Assembly (NCBI RefSeq): GCF_009914755.1
Contig: NC_060943.1
Reading direction: 5' to 3' (one strand)
Origin: the human T2T-CHM13v2.0 reference genome, Homo sapiens
DNA length: 64,000 nucleotides
This document shows, in pieces, positions 29,692 to 47,356 of this stretch. Position numbers and translations under genes: made by a program. Numbering within the stretch: the stretch's first letter is position 1; the number at the start of each line of letters is the position of its first letter. Under the pieces are notes generated by a model, which saw only the letters and a program-made list of their open reading frames with translations, ran no database searches and was not told where the DNA came from.

Positions 29692-31093
29692 TAGTTGAAT
29701 AAAGAAGACACCGGAGTTTGTTCTGTATCTTCTCCTTTCAAATTCTGTGCCATTTGAATTTTTTCCTATTCCTTTTATATATTTTTAATTGACAAATTGT
29801 ACATATTTATCATGTACATATTGTTTTGAAATATGTATATACCGTAGAATGGCTAAATCAAGATCATTAACATATGTATTACTTTACCTATTTTCCTTTT
29901 TTCGTTGTGTCTCTGCCAGGTTTCGGTATCAGAATGACTCTGACCTCATAGAATGAGTTAGAGAGCAGTTGCTCCTCCTCAATTGTGTGGAATAATTTCA
30001 GTAGGATTGGTGCCGCCTTTTCTTTACACGTCTGGTAGGATTCGACTGTGAATCCGTCTAGTCTAAGGTTTTTTGTGCTGGTTGGTAGGTTTTGTATGAC
30101 TAACTCAATTTTGGAACTCATCGTTGGTTTGTTCAGGGTTTCCATTTCTTCCTGGTTCAATCTTGAGAGGTTTTATGTTTCCAGGAATTTCTCTATTTCT
30201 TCTAGTTTTCTAGTTTGTGTGCATAGAGGCATGTGGAATAGTCTCAGGGTTTCTTGTATATCTGTGGGTCAGTGGTAATGTCACCTTTGTCATTTCTGAT
30301 TGTGTTTATTTGGATCTTGTCTTTTTTTCTTTATTAATCTAGCTAGTGGTCTTCCCATGTTATTTATGCTTTCAAAAATATCAACTTTGTATGAATTAAC
30401 AGCATTTGCCGTGACCTGGATGAGACCGGAGACTGTTATTCTAAGTGAAGTAAGTCAGGAATGGAAAACCAAACATCGTATGTTCTCACTGATATGTGGG
30501 AGCTAAGCTATGAGGACGCAAAGGCGTAAGAATGATACAATGGACTTTGGGGACTTAGGGGGACGAGTTGGCGGGGGCGAGGGATAAAATACAACAAGTA
30601 GGGTGTAGTGTATACTGCTCAGGTGATGGGTGCACCAAAATCACAAATCACCACTAAAGAGCTTATGTAACCACACACCACCTGTACCCCAATAATTTAT
30701 GGAATAAATAATAAATAAATAATTTTTTTAAAAAATCAACTTTGGGTTTCATTGATCTTTTGTATGGTTTTTTACGTCTCCATTTCATTCAGGTCAGCTC
30801 CGATGTTGGTTTTTTTTTTTCTTCTGCTAGCTTTGGGGTTGATTTGCTCTTGTTTTTCTAATTCCTCTAGGTGTGATGTTAGGCGGTTCATTTGAGATCT
30901 TTCTAGCTTCTTAGTGTAGCCCTTTAGCACTAGAAACTTCCTTTGAGCACTGTTCTAGCTGTGTCCCAGAGATTCTGGGATGTTGTATGTTTGTTTTCAT
31001 TAGTTTCAGATAATTTTTTTATTTCTGCCTTAATTTCAGTCTTTACCCAAAAGTCATTTGGAAGCAGGTTGTTTAATTTCCATGATGACTCTA

Positions 31094-31318
<225 letters not shown>

Positions 31319-32408
31319 TTATCTTCACTTCTGATATGACATTTAATTTTTCATTCATTTTCTGTCTATTATTGTTCCTTTTTTAACTTAAAAAAAAATT
31401 CTGTACTTTATGAATTTCTGTTTCAAGGTGTTTTTCCCATCTCCAAATGCTTATTTGAAAATGTTTCCTTTCCTCTTGGTTCATTTCTTCTGGTGTGTGT
31501 GTGCGCGCGCCCGCGTGCATGTGTGTACTCGGGTCTCATTTTCTGCTTTCTTCCTGCAGTACCTCGTTTATGGGAGATGCACTTCGCTTTTCTTATTTTT
31601 TTAGTAGAGAGGGGGTTTCACTGGTTTAGCCAGAACAGTCTCGATCTCCTGACCTCGTGATCCGCCCACCTCGGGCTCCCAAAGTGCTGGGATTCCAGGA
31701 GTGAGCCACCGCGCCCGGCCGTCCACTTTGCTTCTTGCAGAGGCTGATGGTTTGAGTAATTTCCGAGATTCATAGCTCGAGCGCGCCCTGTTCTGTCTAT
31801 GCAGTGAAGGGCAGCTTTTTGCATCCACGGCTTTTTGTTGGCAAGGAGGAATGTGCAGTGGCCAGATTTGTTTCTTCCCCTTTTGTTGCTGTTGTTGTTG
31901 TTGCTGCTGCTGTTATCGTTGTTGTTGTTGTATTTTATTTTGTAGCATCCTAAAGTGTCCCCTCCTTCTATTTCTTATCGTTATCCAGGTAGGGTTTAGA
32001 AAAGCTAACTTCAGGGGCAGGGGAGAGAGAGAAAGAGAGGAAGAGAAAATGAGAATGAATGACAATACATGAACCCATGGGTCAACCTTTATTTCAAGGC
32101 AGCCCAAAAGGACGGCTCTCCCTTCTCTTTCACTCTCTTCTCTAGGTGTGAAGCTGATGCAGCACAGGCGAGCCCCAAAATTGAGGCTTAGCCCGGGGGG
32201 GTTCTTGGCTTCTCCTAGAAACTAATTCAAGAAGCCGGGCGCAGTGGCTCACGCCTGTAACCCCAGCACTTTGGGAGGCTGAGGCGGATGGATCACTTGA
32301 GGTAAGGAGTTCGAGACCAGCCTGGCCAACATGCTGAAACCCCATCTCTACTAAATATACAAAAATTACGCGGGCATGGGGACGGGTGCCTGTAATCCCA
32401 GCTGTTCA

Positions 32409-32531
<123 letters not shown>

Positions 32532-33243
32532 TCAAGGGCAGGCCGGTGGTTTTAGACGGCAACCTTTACCGAAGCCTCAGTGCACAGCCACAGCAGAGGG
32601 ACACACACCTGTATCTTTTCTAAGACTGGGAGAATTTTACAATTGCTTGACTAATTGAACAGTGCCTCGAGGATGTTACACTAGGTTATAAATAAATTCC
32701 TGCCGTGTTTAGCTGAGGCACGAACACAATGCCCACTGACAATTCCACTTTCCTCGAGGGCCATTCTTTATGAAAGGCTGTAGGAGTTCCACGACATTGT
32801 TGATTCCTGGATTCTCCAAGTCTCTAGAACTTGAGAACTACTTTTGTGTATTTTTTTAAGTTCAGAGTTTCTAATGTCCGTTTTATACTACTATAAAATG
32901 GTACTATGTATTCTTTATTTATGGTACTATTTACACTTTATTTTATACAGACTCTGGCTCCACAAAAAGGTTAAAAATTAGCCAGGTGCAGTGGTGCACA
33001 TCTGCGGCCCCAGCTACTCAGCAGGCTGAGGCAGAAGGATTGCTTGAGCTCGGATGGTCAGGCTGCAATGAGCTATGATCACACATCACATCAATGCACT
33101 CCAGCCTGGGCAACAGAGTGAGACCCTGTCTCTAAAAGAATAGAAGAGGCTGGGCGCGGTGGCTCACGCCTGTCATCCTACCACTTTGGGAGACCAAGGC
33201 GAGTGGATCATTTGAGGCCAGGTGTTCAAGACCAGCCTGGTCA

Positions 33244-33450
<207 letters not shown>

Positions 33451-33519
33451 TTAGGAAGATGTCATTTCTTCCTATCAAGGCGTCCTCCCTTTATGTTTTG
33501 TCGTTATATTGGGAACGAT

Positions 33520-33640
33520 AAAAAAAATCCTTTTTTCCGACCCATGTGGACCAGGCTGGCCTCGAACTCGTGCCCTGGAACCCCCGCCTCCGTGAGGGCC
33601 CGAGGGCAGGCGCAACCGGCCTGAGCCACAATGGCTCCGG
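33520..33640 (-). ncRNA. SNAR-A: snaR-A copy 8
   Basis: Array-consensus sequence. Confidence 0.95.
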
Positions 33641-34663
33641 GTGTCGGGGCTGTCCTTTAGTCCCTTTGATCTTACGCAGGGTGAGGGAGCCAATCACCAG
33701 AGGCTCCCCCCTGTCGTCACCCAGTCCCCAGGGCCAGTGAGGGCCCTGCGTTCCATGGCGCCCCCTGGAGGGAGGAAGGGGAACTGTATCTGAGAGTTCA
33801 GTATCTGACAATAAGGAAAAGGCATAGTAGATCAGATGGTGCCTAGTGTTCTGGGGAGAAGAAACAACGGGGTTGGGGAATGCGGAGTTGCAGTTTATAA
33901 TACAGGCCTCATGTATAAGGCAGACCTCATGGGGAAGGTAACATCTGTGCAGAGAAATGGAGATGAGGGCTAGGAGCCATGCAAATACTGGAACATGCTT
34001 GCCAGCAGAAGTCGAGAAACATGGCCGGCGCAGTGGCCCACACCTGTAATCCCAGGACTTTGGGAGGCCGAGGCAGGTAGATCACGAGGTCAGCAGTTCG
34101 AGACCAGCCCGGCCAACATGGTGAAACCCTGTCTCTACTAAAAATACAAAAATTAGCTGGGTGTGGTGGCACACGCCTGTAATCCCAGCCACTTGGGAGG
34201 GTGAGGTAGGAGAATCGCTTGAACCTGGGAGGTAGAGGTTGCAGTGATGCAGTGAGCCGAGACCACGCCATTGTACTCTCGCCTGGGCGACAGAGCGAGA
34301 CTCCATCTCAAAAACAAACAAACAAAAAAAAAAAGCAAAAACAAACAGGTGAGATTCATTTTGATAAAATAGCTGATTTAACCTAATATACCTAAAACAT
34401 CATAATTTTAAGATAATCAATAGAAACATTTTTGCAAGATTTTATGTTATTTTTTACCATACGACGTCTTGGAAATCTTGGTTTGGACCAGCCATGTTCA
34501 ACTGCTCAGTAGCCATGTGTGGCCAGAGGCGGCCGTATTGGACAGTGCAGATGGTGCATGAGGGTGTTCGGGCAGTGGGAACAGCCAGTACAGAGGCCCT
34601 GTGGGGGCACATGCCTGCTGCTACGGGAACAGTGAGGAGCCCCGTGTGGCTGCAGTGGAGTGA

Positions 34664-35035
<372 letters not shown>

Positions 35036-36464
35036 TAGTTGAATAAAGAAGACACCGGAGTTTGTTCTGTATCTTCTCCTTTCAAATTCTGTGCCATTTG
35101 AATTTTTTCCTATTCCTTTTATATATTTTTAATTGACAAATTGTACATATTTATCATGTACATATTGTTTTGAAATATGTATATACCGTAGAATGGCTAA
35201 ATCAAGATCATTAACATATGTATTACTTTACCTATTTTCCTTTTTTCGTTGTGTCTCTGCCAGGTTTCGGTATCAGAATGACTCTGACCTCATAGAATGA
35301 GTTAGAGAGCAGTTGCTCCTCCTCAATTGTGTGGAATAATTTCAGTAGGATTGGTGCCGCCTTTTCTTTACACGTCTGGTAGGATTCGACTGTGAATCCG
35401 TCTAGTCTAAGGTTTTTTGTGCTGGTTGGTAGGTTTTGTATGACTAACTCAATTTTGGAACTCATCGTTGGTTTGTTCAGGGTTTCCATTTCTTCCTGGT
35501 TCAATCTTGAGAGGTTTTATGTTTCCAGGAATTTCTCTATTTCTTCTAGTTTTCTAGTTTGTGTGCATAGAGGCATGTGGAATAGTCTCAGGGTTTCTTG
35601 TATATCTGTGGGTCAGTGGTAATGTCACCTTTGTCATTTCTGATTGTGTTTATTTGGATCTTGTCTTTTTTTCTTTATTAATCTAGCTAGTGGTCTTCCC
35701 ATGTTATTTATGCTTTCAAAAATATCAACTTTGTATGAATTAACAGCATTTGCCGTGACCTGGATGAGACCGGAGACTGTTATTCTAAGTGAAGTAAGTC
35801 AGGAATGGAAAACCAAACATCGTATGTTCTCACTGATATGTGGGAGCTAAGCTATGAGGACGCAAAGGCGTAAGAATGATACAATGGACTTTGGGGACTT
35901 AGGGGGACGAGTTGGCGGGGGCGAGGGATAAAATACAACAAGTAGGGTGTAGTGTATACTGCTCAGGTGATGGGTGCACCAAAATCACAAATCACCACTA
36001 AAGAGCTTATGTAACCACACACCACCTGTACCCCAATAATTTATGGAATAAATAATAAATAAATAATTTTTTTAAAAAATCAACTTTGGGTTTCATTGAT
36101 CTTTTGTATGGTTTTTTACGTCTCCATTTCATTCAGGTCAGCTCCGATGTTGGTTTTTTTTTTTCTTCTGCTAGCTTTGGGGTTGATTTGCTCTTGTTTT
36201 TCTAATTCCTCTAGGTGTGATGTTAGGCGGTTCATTTGAGATCTTTCTAGCTTCTTAGTGTAGCCCTTTAGCACTAGAAACTTCCTTTGAGCACTGTTCT
36301 AGCTGTGTCCCAGAGATTCTGGGATGTTGTATGTTTGTTTTCATTAGTTTCAGATAATTTTTTTATTTCTGCCTTAATTTCAGTCTTTACCCAAAAGTCA
36401 TTTGGAAGCAGGTTGTTTAATTTCCATGATGACTCTAGGCCGGGCATGGTGGCTCATGCCTCTA

Positions 36465-36611
<147 letters not shown>

Positions 36612-37745
36612 TTAAGTTTGCATTTAGATCTCTTCTCCTTTGACCACTTTTAATTTATCTTCACTTCTGATATGACATTTAATTTTTCATTCATTTTCTG
36701 TCTATTATTGTTCCTTTTTTAACTTAAAAAAAAATTCTGTACTTTATGAATTTCTGTTTCAAGGTGTTTTTCCCATCTCCAAATGCTTATTTGAAAATGT
36801 TTCCTTTCCTCTTGGTTCATTTCTTCTGGTGTGTGTGTGCGCGCGCCCGCGTGCATGTGTGTACTCGGGTCTCATTTTCTGCTTTCTTCCTGCAGTACCT
36901 CGTTTATGGGAGATGCACTTCGCTTTTCTTATTTTTTTAGTAGAGAGGGGGTTTCACTGGTTTAGCCAGAACAGTCTCGATCTCCTGACCTCGTGATCCG
37001 CCCACCTCGGGCTCCCAAAGTGCTGGGATTCCAGGAGTGAGCCACCGCGCCCGGCCGTCCACTTTGCTTCTTGCAGAGGCTGATGGTTTGAGTAATTTCC
37101 GAGATTCATAGCTCGAGCGCGCCCTGTTCTGTCTATGCAGTGAAGGGCAGCTTTTTGCATCCACGGCTTTTTGTTGGCAAGGAGGAATGTGCAGTGGCCA
37201 GATTTGTTTCTTCCCCTTTTGTTGCTGTTGTTGTTGTTGCTGCTGCTGTTATCGTTGTTGTTGTTGTATTTTATTTTGTAGCATCCTAAAGTGTCCCCTC
37301 CTTCTATTTCTTATCCTTATCCAGGTAGGGTTTAGAAAAGCTAACTTCAGGGGCAGGGGAGAGAGAGAAAGAGAGGAAGAGAAAATGAGAATGAATGACA
37401 GTACATGAACCCATGGGTCAACCTTTATTTCAAGGCAGCCCAAAAGGACGGCTCTCCCTTCTCTTTCACTCTCTTCTCTAGGTGTGAAGCTGATGCAGCA
37501 CAGGCGAGCCCCAAAATTGAGGCTTAGCCCGGGGGGGTTCTTGGCTTCTCCTAGAAACTAATTCAAGAAGCCGGGCGCAGTGGCTCACGCCTGTAATCCC
37601 AGCACTTTGGGAGGCTGAGGCGGATGGATCACTTGAGGTAAGGAGTTCGAGACCAGCCTGGCCAACATGCTGAAAACCCCATCTCTACTAAATATACAAA
37701 AATTACCCGGGCATGGGGACGGGTGCCTGTAATCCCAGCTGTTCA

Positions 37746-37871
<126 letters not shown>

Positions 37872-38591
37872 TCAAGGGCCGGCCGGTGGTTTTAGACGGC
37901 AACCTTTACCGAAGCCTCAGTGCACAGCCACAGCAGAGGGACACACACCTGTATCTTTTCTAAGACTGGGAGAATTTTACAATTGCTTGACTAATTGAAC
38001 AGTGCCTCGAGGATGTTACACTAGGTTATAAATAAATTCCTGCCGTGTTTAGCTGAGGCACGAACACAATGCCCACTGACAATTCCACTTTCCTCGAGGG
38101 CCATTCTTTATGAAAGGCTGTAGGAGTTCCACGACATTGTTGATTCCTGGATTCTCGAAGTCTCTAGAACTTGAGAACTACTTTTGTGTATTTTTTTAAC
38201 CTTTAAGTTCAGAGTTTCTAATGTCCGTTTTATACTACTATAAAATGGTACTATGTAGTCTTTATTGGTGGTACTATTTACACTTTATTTTATACAGACT
38301 CTGGCTCCACAAAAAGGTTAAAAATTAGCCAGGTGCAGTGGTGCACATCTGCGGCCCCAGCTACTCAGGAGGCTGAGGCAGAAGGATTGCTTGAGCTCGG
38401 ATGGTCAGGGCTGCAATGAGCTATGATCACACATCACATCAATGCACTCCAGCCTGGGCAACAGAGTGAGACCCTGTCTCTAAAAGAATAGAAGAGGCTG
38501 GGCGCGGTGGCTCACGCCTGTCATCCTACCACTTTGGGAGACCAAGGCGAGTGGATCATTTGAGGCCAGGTGTTCAAGACCAGCCTGGTCA

Positions 38592-38786
<195 letters not shown>

Positions 38787-38865
38787 TTAAAAACACTTAG
38801 GAAGATGTCATTTCTTCCTATCAAGGCGTCCTCCCTTTATGTTTTGTCGTTATATTGGGAACGAT

Positions 38866-38986
38866 AAAAAAAATCCTTTTTTCCGACCCATGTGGACCAG
38901 GCTGGCCTCGAACTCGTGCCCTGGAACCCCCGCCTCCGTGAGGGCCCGAGGGCAGGCGCAACCGGCCTGAGCCACAATGGCTCCGG
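38866..38986 (-). ncRNA. SNAR-A: snaR-A copy 9
   Basis: Array-consensus sequence. Confidence 0.95.
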
Positions 38987-40059
38987 GTGTCGGGGCTGTC
39001 CTTTAGTCCCTTTGATCTTACGCAGGGTGAGGGAGCCAATCACCAGAGGCTCCCCCCTGTCGTCACCCAGTCCCCAGGGCCAGTGAGGGCCCTGCGTTCC
39101 ATGGCGCCCCCTGGAGGGAGGAAGGGGAACTGTATCTGAGAGTTCAGTATCTGACAATAAGGAAAAGGCATAGTAGATCAGATGGTGCCTAGTGTTCTGG
39201 GGAGAAGAAACAACGGGGTTGGGGAATGCGGAGTTGCAGTTTATAATACAGGCCTCATGTATAAGGCAGACCTCATGGGGAAGGTAACATCTGTGCAGAG
39301 AAATGGAGATGAGGGCTAGGAGCCATGCAAATACTGGAACATGCTTGCCAGCAGAAGTCGAGAAACATGGCCGGCGCAGTGGCCCACACCTGTAATCCCA
39401 GGACTTTGGGAGGCCGAGGCAGGTAGATCACGAGGTCAGCAGTTCGAGACCAGCCCGGCCAACATGGTGAAACCCTGTCTCTACTAAAAATACAAAAATT
39501 AGCTGGGTGTGGTGGCACACGCCTGTAATCCCAGCCACTTGGGAGGGTGAGGTAGGAGAATCGCTTGAACCTGGGAGGTAGAGGTTGCAGTGATGCAGTG
39601 AGCCGAGACCACGCCATTGTACTCTCGCCTGGGCGACAGAGCGAGACTCCATCTCAAAAACAAACAAACAAAAAAAAAAAGCAAAAACAAACAGGTGAGA
39701 TTCATTTTGATAAAATAGCTGATTTAACCTAATATACCTAAAACATCATAATTTTAACATAATCAATAGAAACATTTTTGCAAGATTTTATGTTATTTTT
39801 TACCATACGACGTCTTGGAAATCTTGGTTTGGACCAGCCATGTTCAACTGCTCAGTAGCCATGTGTGGCCAGAGGCGGCCGTATTGGACAGTGCAGATGG
39901 TGCATGAGGGTGTTCGGGCAGTGGGAACAGCCAGTACAGAGGCCCTGTGGGGGCACATGCCTGCTGCTACGGGAACAGTGAGGAGCCCCGTGTGGCTGCA
40001 GTGGAGTGAGAGGGAGAAGGTGGGAGATGTAACCAACAGTCTCATCATTCATTCATTAA

Positions 40060-40380
<321 letters not shown>

Positions 40381-41782
40381 TAGTTGAATAAAGAAGACAC
40401 CGGAGTTTGTTCTGTATCTTCTCCTTTCAAATTCTGTGCCATTTGAATTTTTTCCTATTCCTTTTATATATTTTTAATTGACAAATTGTACATATTTATC
40501 ATGTACATATTGTTTTGAAATATGTATATACCGTAGAATGGCTAAATCAAGATCATTAACATATGTATTACTTTACCTATTTTCCTTTTTTCGTTGTGTC
40601 TCTGCCAGGTTTCGGTATCAGAATGACTCTGACCTCATAGAATGAGTTAGAGAGCAGTTGCTCCTCCTCAATTGTGTGGAATAATTTCAGTAGGATTGGT
40701 GCCGCCTTTTCTTTACACGTCTGGTAGGATTCGACTGTGAATCCGTCTAGTCTAAGGTTTTTTGTGCTGGTTGGTAGGTTTTGTATGACTAACTCAATTT
40801 TGGAACTCATCGTTGGTTTGTTCAGGGTTTCCATTTCTTCCTGGTTCAATCTTGAGAGGTTTTATGTTTCCAGGAATTTCTCTATTTCTTCTAGTTTTCT
40901 AGTTTGTGTGCATAGAGGCATGTGGAATAGTCTCAGGGTTTCTTGTATATCTGTGGGTCAGTGGTAATGTCACCTTTGTCATTTCTGATTGTGTTTATTT
41001 GGATCTTGTCTTTTTTTCTTTATTAATCTAGCTAGTGGTCTTCCCATGTTATTTATGCTTTCAAAAATATCAACTTTGTATGAATTAACAGCATTTGCCG
41101 TGACCTGGATGAGACCGGAGACTGTTATTCTAAGTGAAGTAAGTCAGGAATGGAAAACCAAACATCGTATGTTCTCACTGATATGTGGGAGCTAAGCTAT
41201 GAGGACGCAAAGGCGTAAGAATGATACAATGGACTTTGGGGACTTAGGGGGACGAGTTGGCGGGGGCGAGGGATAAAATACAACAAGTAGGGTGTAGTGT
41301 ATACTGCTCAGGTGATGGGTGCACCAAAATCACAAATCACCACTAAAGAGCTTATGTAACCACACACCACCTGTACCCCAATAATTTATGGAATAAATAA
41401 TAAATAAATAATTTTTTTAAAAAATCAACTTTGGGTTTCATTGATCTTTTGTATGGTTTTTTACGTCTCCATTTCATTCAGGTCAGCTCCGATGTTGGTT
41501 TTTTTTTTTCTTCTGCTAGCTTTGGGGTTGATTTGCTCTTGTTTTTCTAATTCCTCTAGGTGTGATGTTAGGCGGTTCATTTGAGATCTTTCTAGCTTCT
41601 TAGTGTAGCCCTTTAGCACTAGAAACTTCCTTTGAGCACTGTTCTAGCTGTGTCCCAGAGATTCTGGGATGTTGTATGTTTGTTTTCATTAGTTTCAGAT
41701 AATTTTTTTATTTCTGCCTTAATTTCAGTCTTTACCCAAAAGTCATTTGGAAGCAGGTTGTTTAATTTCCATGATGACTCTA

Positions 41783-41962
<180 letters not shown>

Positions 41963-43095
41963 TTAAGTTTGCATTTAGATCTCTTCTCCTTTGACCACTT
42001 TTAATTTATCTTCACTTCTGATATGACATTTAATTTTTCATTCATTTTCTGTCTATTATTGTTCCTTTTTTAACTTAAAAAAAATTCTGTACTTTATGAA
42101 TTTCTGTTTCAAGGTGTTTTTCCCATCTCCAAATGCTTATTTGAAAATGTTTCCTTTCCTCTTGGTTCATTTCTTCTGGTGTGTGTGTGCGCGCGCCCGC
42201 GTGCATGTGTGTACTCGGGTCTCATTTTCTGCTTTCTTCCTGCAGTACCTCGTTTATGGGAGATGCACTTCGCTTTTCTTATTTTTTTAGTAGAGAGGGG
42301 GTTTCACTGGTTTAGCCAGAACAGTCTCGATCTCCTGACCTCGTGATCCGCCCACCTCGGGCTCCCAAAGTGCTGGGATTCCAGGAGTGAGCCACCGCGC
42401 CCGGCCGTCCACTTTGCTTCTTGCAGAGGCTGATGGTTTGAGTAATTTCCGAGATTCATAGCTCGAGCGCGCCCTGTTCTGTCTATGCAGTGAAGGGCAG
42501 CTTTTTGCATCCACGGCTTTTTGTTGGCAAGGAGGAATGTGCAGTGGCCAGATTTGTTTCTTCCCCTTTTGTTGCTGTTGTTGTTGTTGCTGCTGCTGTT
42601 ATCGTTGTTGTTGTTGTATTTTATTTTGTAGCATCCTAAAGTGTCCCCTCCTTCTATTTCTTATCCTTATCCAGGTAGGGTTTAGAAAAGCTAACTTCAG
42701 GGGCAGGGGAGAGAGAGAAAGAGAGGAAGAGAAAATGAGAATGAATGACAGTACATGAACCCATGGGTCAACCTTTATTTCAAGGCAGCCCAAAAGGACG
42801 GCTCTCCCTTCTCTTTCACTCTCTTCTCTAGGTGTGAAGCTGATGCAGCACAGGCGAGCCCCAAAATTGAGGCTTAGCCCGGGGGGGTTCTTGGCTTCTC
42901 CTAGAAACTAATTCAAGAAGCCGGGCGCAGTGGCTCACGCCTGTAATCCCAGCACTTTGGGAGGCTGAGGCGGATGGATCACTTGAGGTAAGGAGTTCGA
43001 GACCAGCCTGGCCAACATGCTGAAAACCCCATCTCTACTAAATATACAAAAATTACCCGGGCATGGGGACGGGTGCCTGTAATCCCAGCTGTTCA

Positions 43096-43221
<126 letters not shown>

Positions 43222-43941
43222 TCAAGGGCCGGCCGGTGGTTTTAGACGGCAACCTTTACCGAAGCCTCAGTGCACAGCCACAGCAGAGGGACACACACCT
43301 GTATCTTTTCTAAGACTGGGAGAATTTTACAATTGCTTGACTAATTGAACAGTGCCTCGAGGATGTTACACTAGGTTATAAATAAATTCCTGCCGTGTTT
43401 AGCTGAGGCACGAACACAATGCCCACTGACAATTCCACTTTCCTCGAGGGCCATTCTTTATGAAAGGCTGTAGGAGTTCCACGACATTGTTGATTCCTGG
43501 ATTCTCGAAGTCTCTAGAACTTGAGAACTACTTTTGTGTATTTTTTTAACCTTTAAGTTCAGAGTTTCTAATGTCCGTTTTATACTACTATAAAATGGTA
43601 CTATGTAGTCTTTATTGGTGGTACTATTTACACTTTATTTTATACAGACTCTGGCTCCACAAAAAGGTTAAAAATTAGCCAGGTGCAGTGGTGCACATCT
43701 GCGGCCCCAGCTACTCAGGAGGCTGAGGCAGAAGGATTGCTTGAGCTCGGATGGTCAGGGCTGCAATGAGCTATGATCACACATCACATCAATGCACTCC
43801 AGCCTGGGCAACGGAGTGAGACCCTGTCTCTAAAAGAATAGAAGAGGCTGGGCGCGGTGGCTCACGCCTGTCATCCTACCACTTTGGGAGACCAAGGCGA
43901 GTGGATCATTTGAGGCCAGGTGTTCAAGACCAGCCTGGTCA

Positions 43942-44145
<204 letters not shown>

Positions 44146-44214
44146 TTAGGAAGATGTCATTTCTTCCTATCAAGGCGTCCTCCCTTTATGTTTTGTCGTT
44201 ATATTGGGAACGAT

Positions 44215-44335
44215 AAAAAAAATCCTTTTTTCCGACCCATGTGGACCAGGCTGGCCTCGAACTCGTGCCCTGGAACCCCCGCCTCCGTGAGGGCCCGAGG
44301 GCAGGCGCAACCGGCCTGAGCCACAATGGCTCCGG
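44215..44335 (-). ncRNA. SNAR-A: snaR-A copy 10
   Basis: Array-consensus sequence. Confidence 0.95.
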
Positions 44336-45408
44336 GTGTCGGGGCTGTCCTTTAGTCCCTTTGATCTTACGCAGGGTGAGGGAGCCAATCACCAGAGGCT
44401 CCCCCCTGTCGTCACCCAGTCCCCAGGGCCAGTGAGGGCCCTGCGTTCCATGGCGCCCCCTGGAGGGAGGAAGGGGAACTGTATCTGAGAGTTCAGTATC
44501 TGACAATAAGGAAAAGGCATAGTAGATCAGATGGTGCCTAGTGTTCTGGGGAGAAGAAACAACGGGGTTGGGGAATGCGGAGTTGCAGTTTATAATACAG
44601 GCCTCATGTATAAGGCAGACCTCATGGGGAAGGTAACATCTGTGCAGAGAAATGGAGATGAGGGCTAGGAGCCATGCAAATACTGGAACATGCTTGCCAG
44701 CAGAAGTCGAGAAACATGGCCGGCGCAGTGGCCCACACCTGTAATCCCAGGACTTTGGGAGGCCGAGGCAGGTAGATCACGAGGTCAGCAGTTCGAGACC
44801 AGCCCGGCCAACATGGTGAAACCCTGTCTCTACTAAAAATACAAAAATTAGCTGGGTGTGGTGGCACACGCCTGTAATCCCAGCCACTTGGGAGGGTGAG
44901 GTAGGAGAATCGCTTGAACCTGGGAGGTAGAGGTTGCAGTGATGCAGTGAGCCGAGACCACGCCATTGTACTCTCGCCTGGGCGACAGAGCGAGACTCCA
45001 TCTCAAAAACAAACAAACAAAAAAAAAAAGCAAAAACAAACAGGTGAGATTCATTTTGATAAAATAGCTGATTTAACCTAATATACCTAAAACATCATAA
45101 TTTTAACATAATCAATAGAAACATTTTTGCAAGATTTTATGTTATTTTTTACCATACGACGTCTTGGAAATCTTGGTTTGGACCAGCCATGTTCAACTGC
45201 TCAGTAGCCATGTGTGGCCAGAGGCGGCCGTATTGGACAGTGCAGATGGTGCATGAGGGTGTTCGGGCAGTGGGAACAGCCAGTACAGAGGCCCTGTGGG
45301 GGCACATGCCTGCTGCTACGGGAACAGTGAGGAGCCCCGTGTGGCTGCAGTGGAGTGAGAGGGAGAAGGTGGGAGATGTAACCAACAGTCTCATCATTCA
45401 TTCATTAA

Positions 45409-45729
<321 letters not shown>

Positions 45730-47131
45730 TAGTTGAATAAAGAAGACACCGGAGTTTGTTCTGTATCTTCTCCTTTCAAATTCTGTGCCATTTGAATTTT
45801 TTCCTATTCCTTTTATATATTTTTAATTGACAAATTGTACATATTTATCATGTACATATTGTTTTGAAATATGTATATACCGTAGAATGGCTAAATCAAG
45901 ATCATTAACATATGTATTACTTTACCTATTTTCCTTTTTTCGTTGTGTCTCTGCCAGGTTTCGGTATCAGAATGACTCTGACCTCATAGAATGAGTTAGA
46001 GAGCAGTTGCTCCTCCTCAATTGTGTGGAATAATTTCAGTAGGATTGGTGCCGCCTTTTCTTTACACGTCTGGTAGGATTCGACTGTGAATCCGTCTAGT
46101 CTAAGGTTTTTTGTGCTGGTTGGTAGGTTTTGTATGACTAACTCAATTTTGGAACTCATCGTTGGTTTGTTCAGGGTTTCCATTTCTTCCTGGTTCAATC
46201 TTGAGAGGTTTTATGTTTCCAGGAATTTCTCTATTTCTTCTAGTTTTCTAGTTTGTGTGCATAGAGGCATGTGGAATAGTCTCAGGGTTTCTTGTATATC
46301 TGTGGGTCAGTGGTAATGTCACCTTTGTCATTTCTGATTGTGTTTATTTGGATCTTGTCTTTTTTTCTTTATTAATCTAGCTAGTGGTCTTCCCATGTTA
46401 TTTATGCTTTCAAAAATATCAACTTTGTATGAATTAACAGCATTTGCCGTGACCTGGATGAGACCGGAGACTGTTATTCTAAGTGAAGTAAGTCAGGAAT
46501 GGAAAACCAAACATCGTATGTTCTCACTGATATGTGGGAGCTAAGCTATGAGGACGCAAAGGCGTAAGAATGATACAATGGACTTTGGGGACTTAGGGGG
46601 ACGAGTTGGCGGGGGCGAGGGATAAAATACAACAAGTAGGGTGTAGTGTATACTGCTCAGGTGATGGGTGCACCAAAATCACAAATCACCACTAAAGAGC
46701 TTATGTAACCACACACCACCTGTACCCCAATAATTTATGGAATAAATAATAAATAAATAATTTTTTTAAAAAATCAACTTTGGGTTTCATTGATCTTTTG
46801 TATGGTTTTTTACGTCTCCATTTCATTCAGGTCAGCTCCGATGTTGGTTTTTTTTTTTCTTCTGCTAGCTTTGGGGTTGATTTGCTCTTGTTTTTCTAAT
46901 TCCTCTAGGTGTGATGTTAGGCGGTTCATTTGAGATCTTTCTAGCTTCTTAGTGTAGCCCTTTAGCACTAGAAACTTCCTTTGAGCACTGTTCTAGCTGT
47001 GTCCCAGAGATTCTGGGATGTTGTATGTTTGTTTTCATTAGTTTCAGATAATTTTTTTATTTCTGCCTTAATTTCAGTCTTTACCCAAAAGTCATTTGGA
47101 AGCAGGTTGTTTAATTTCCATGATGACTCTA

Positions 47132-47356
<225 letters not shown>
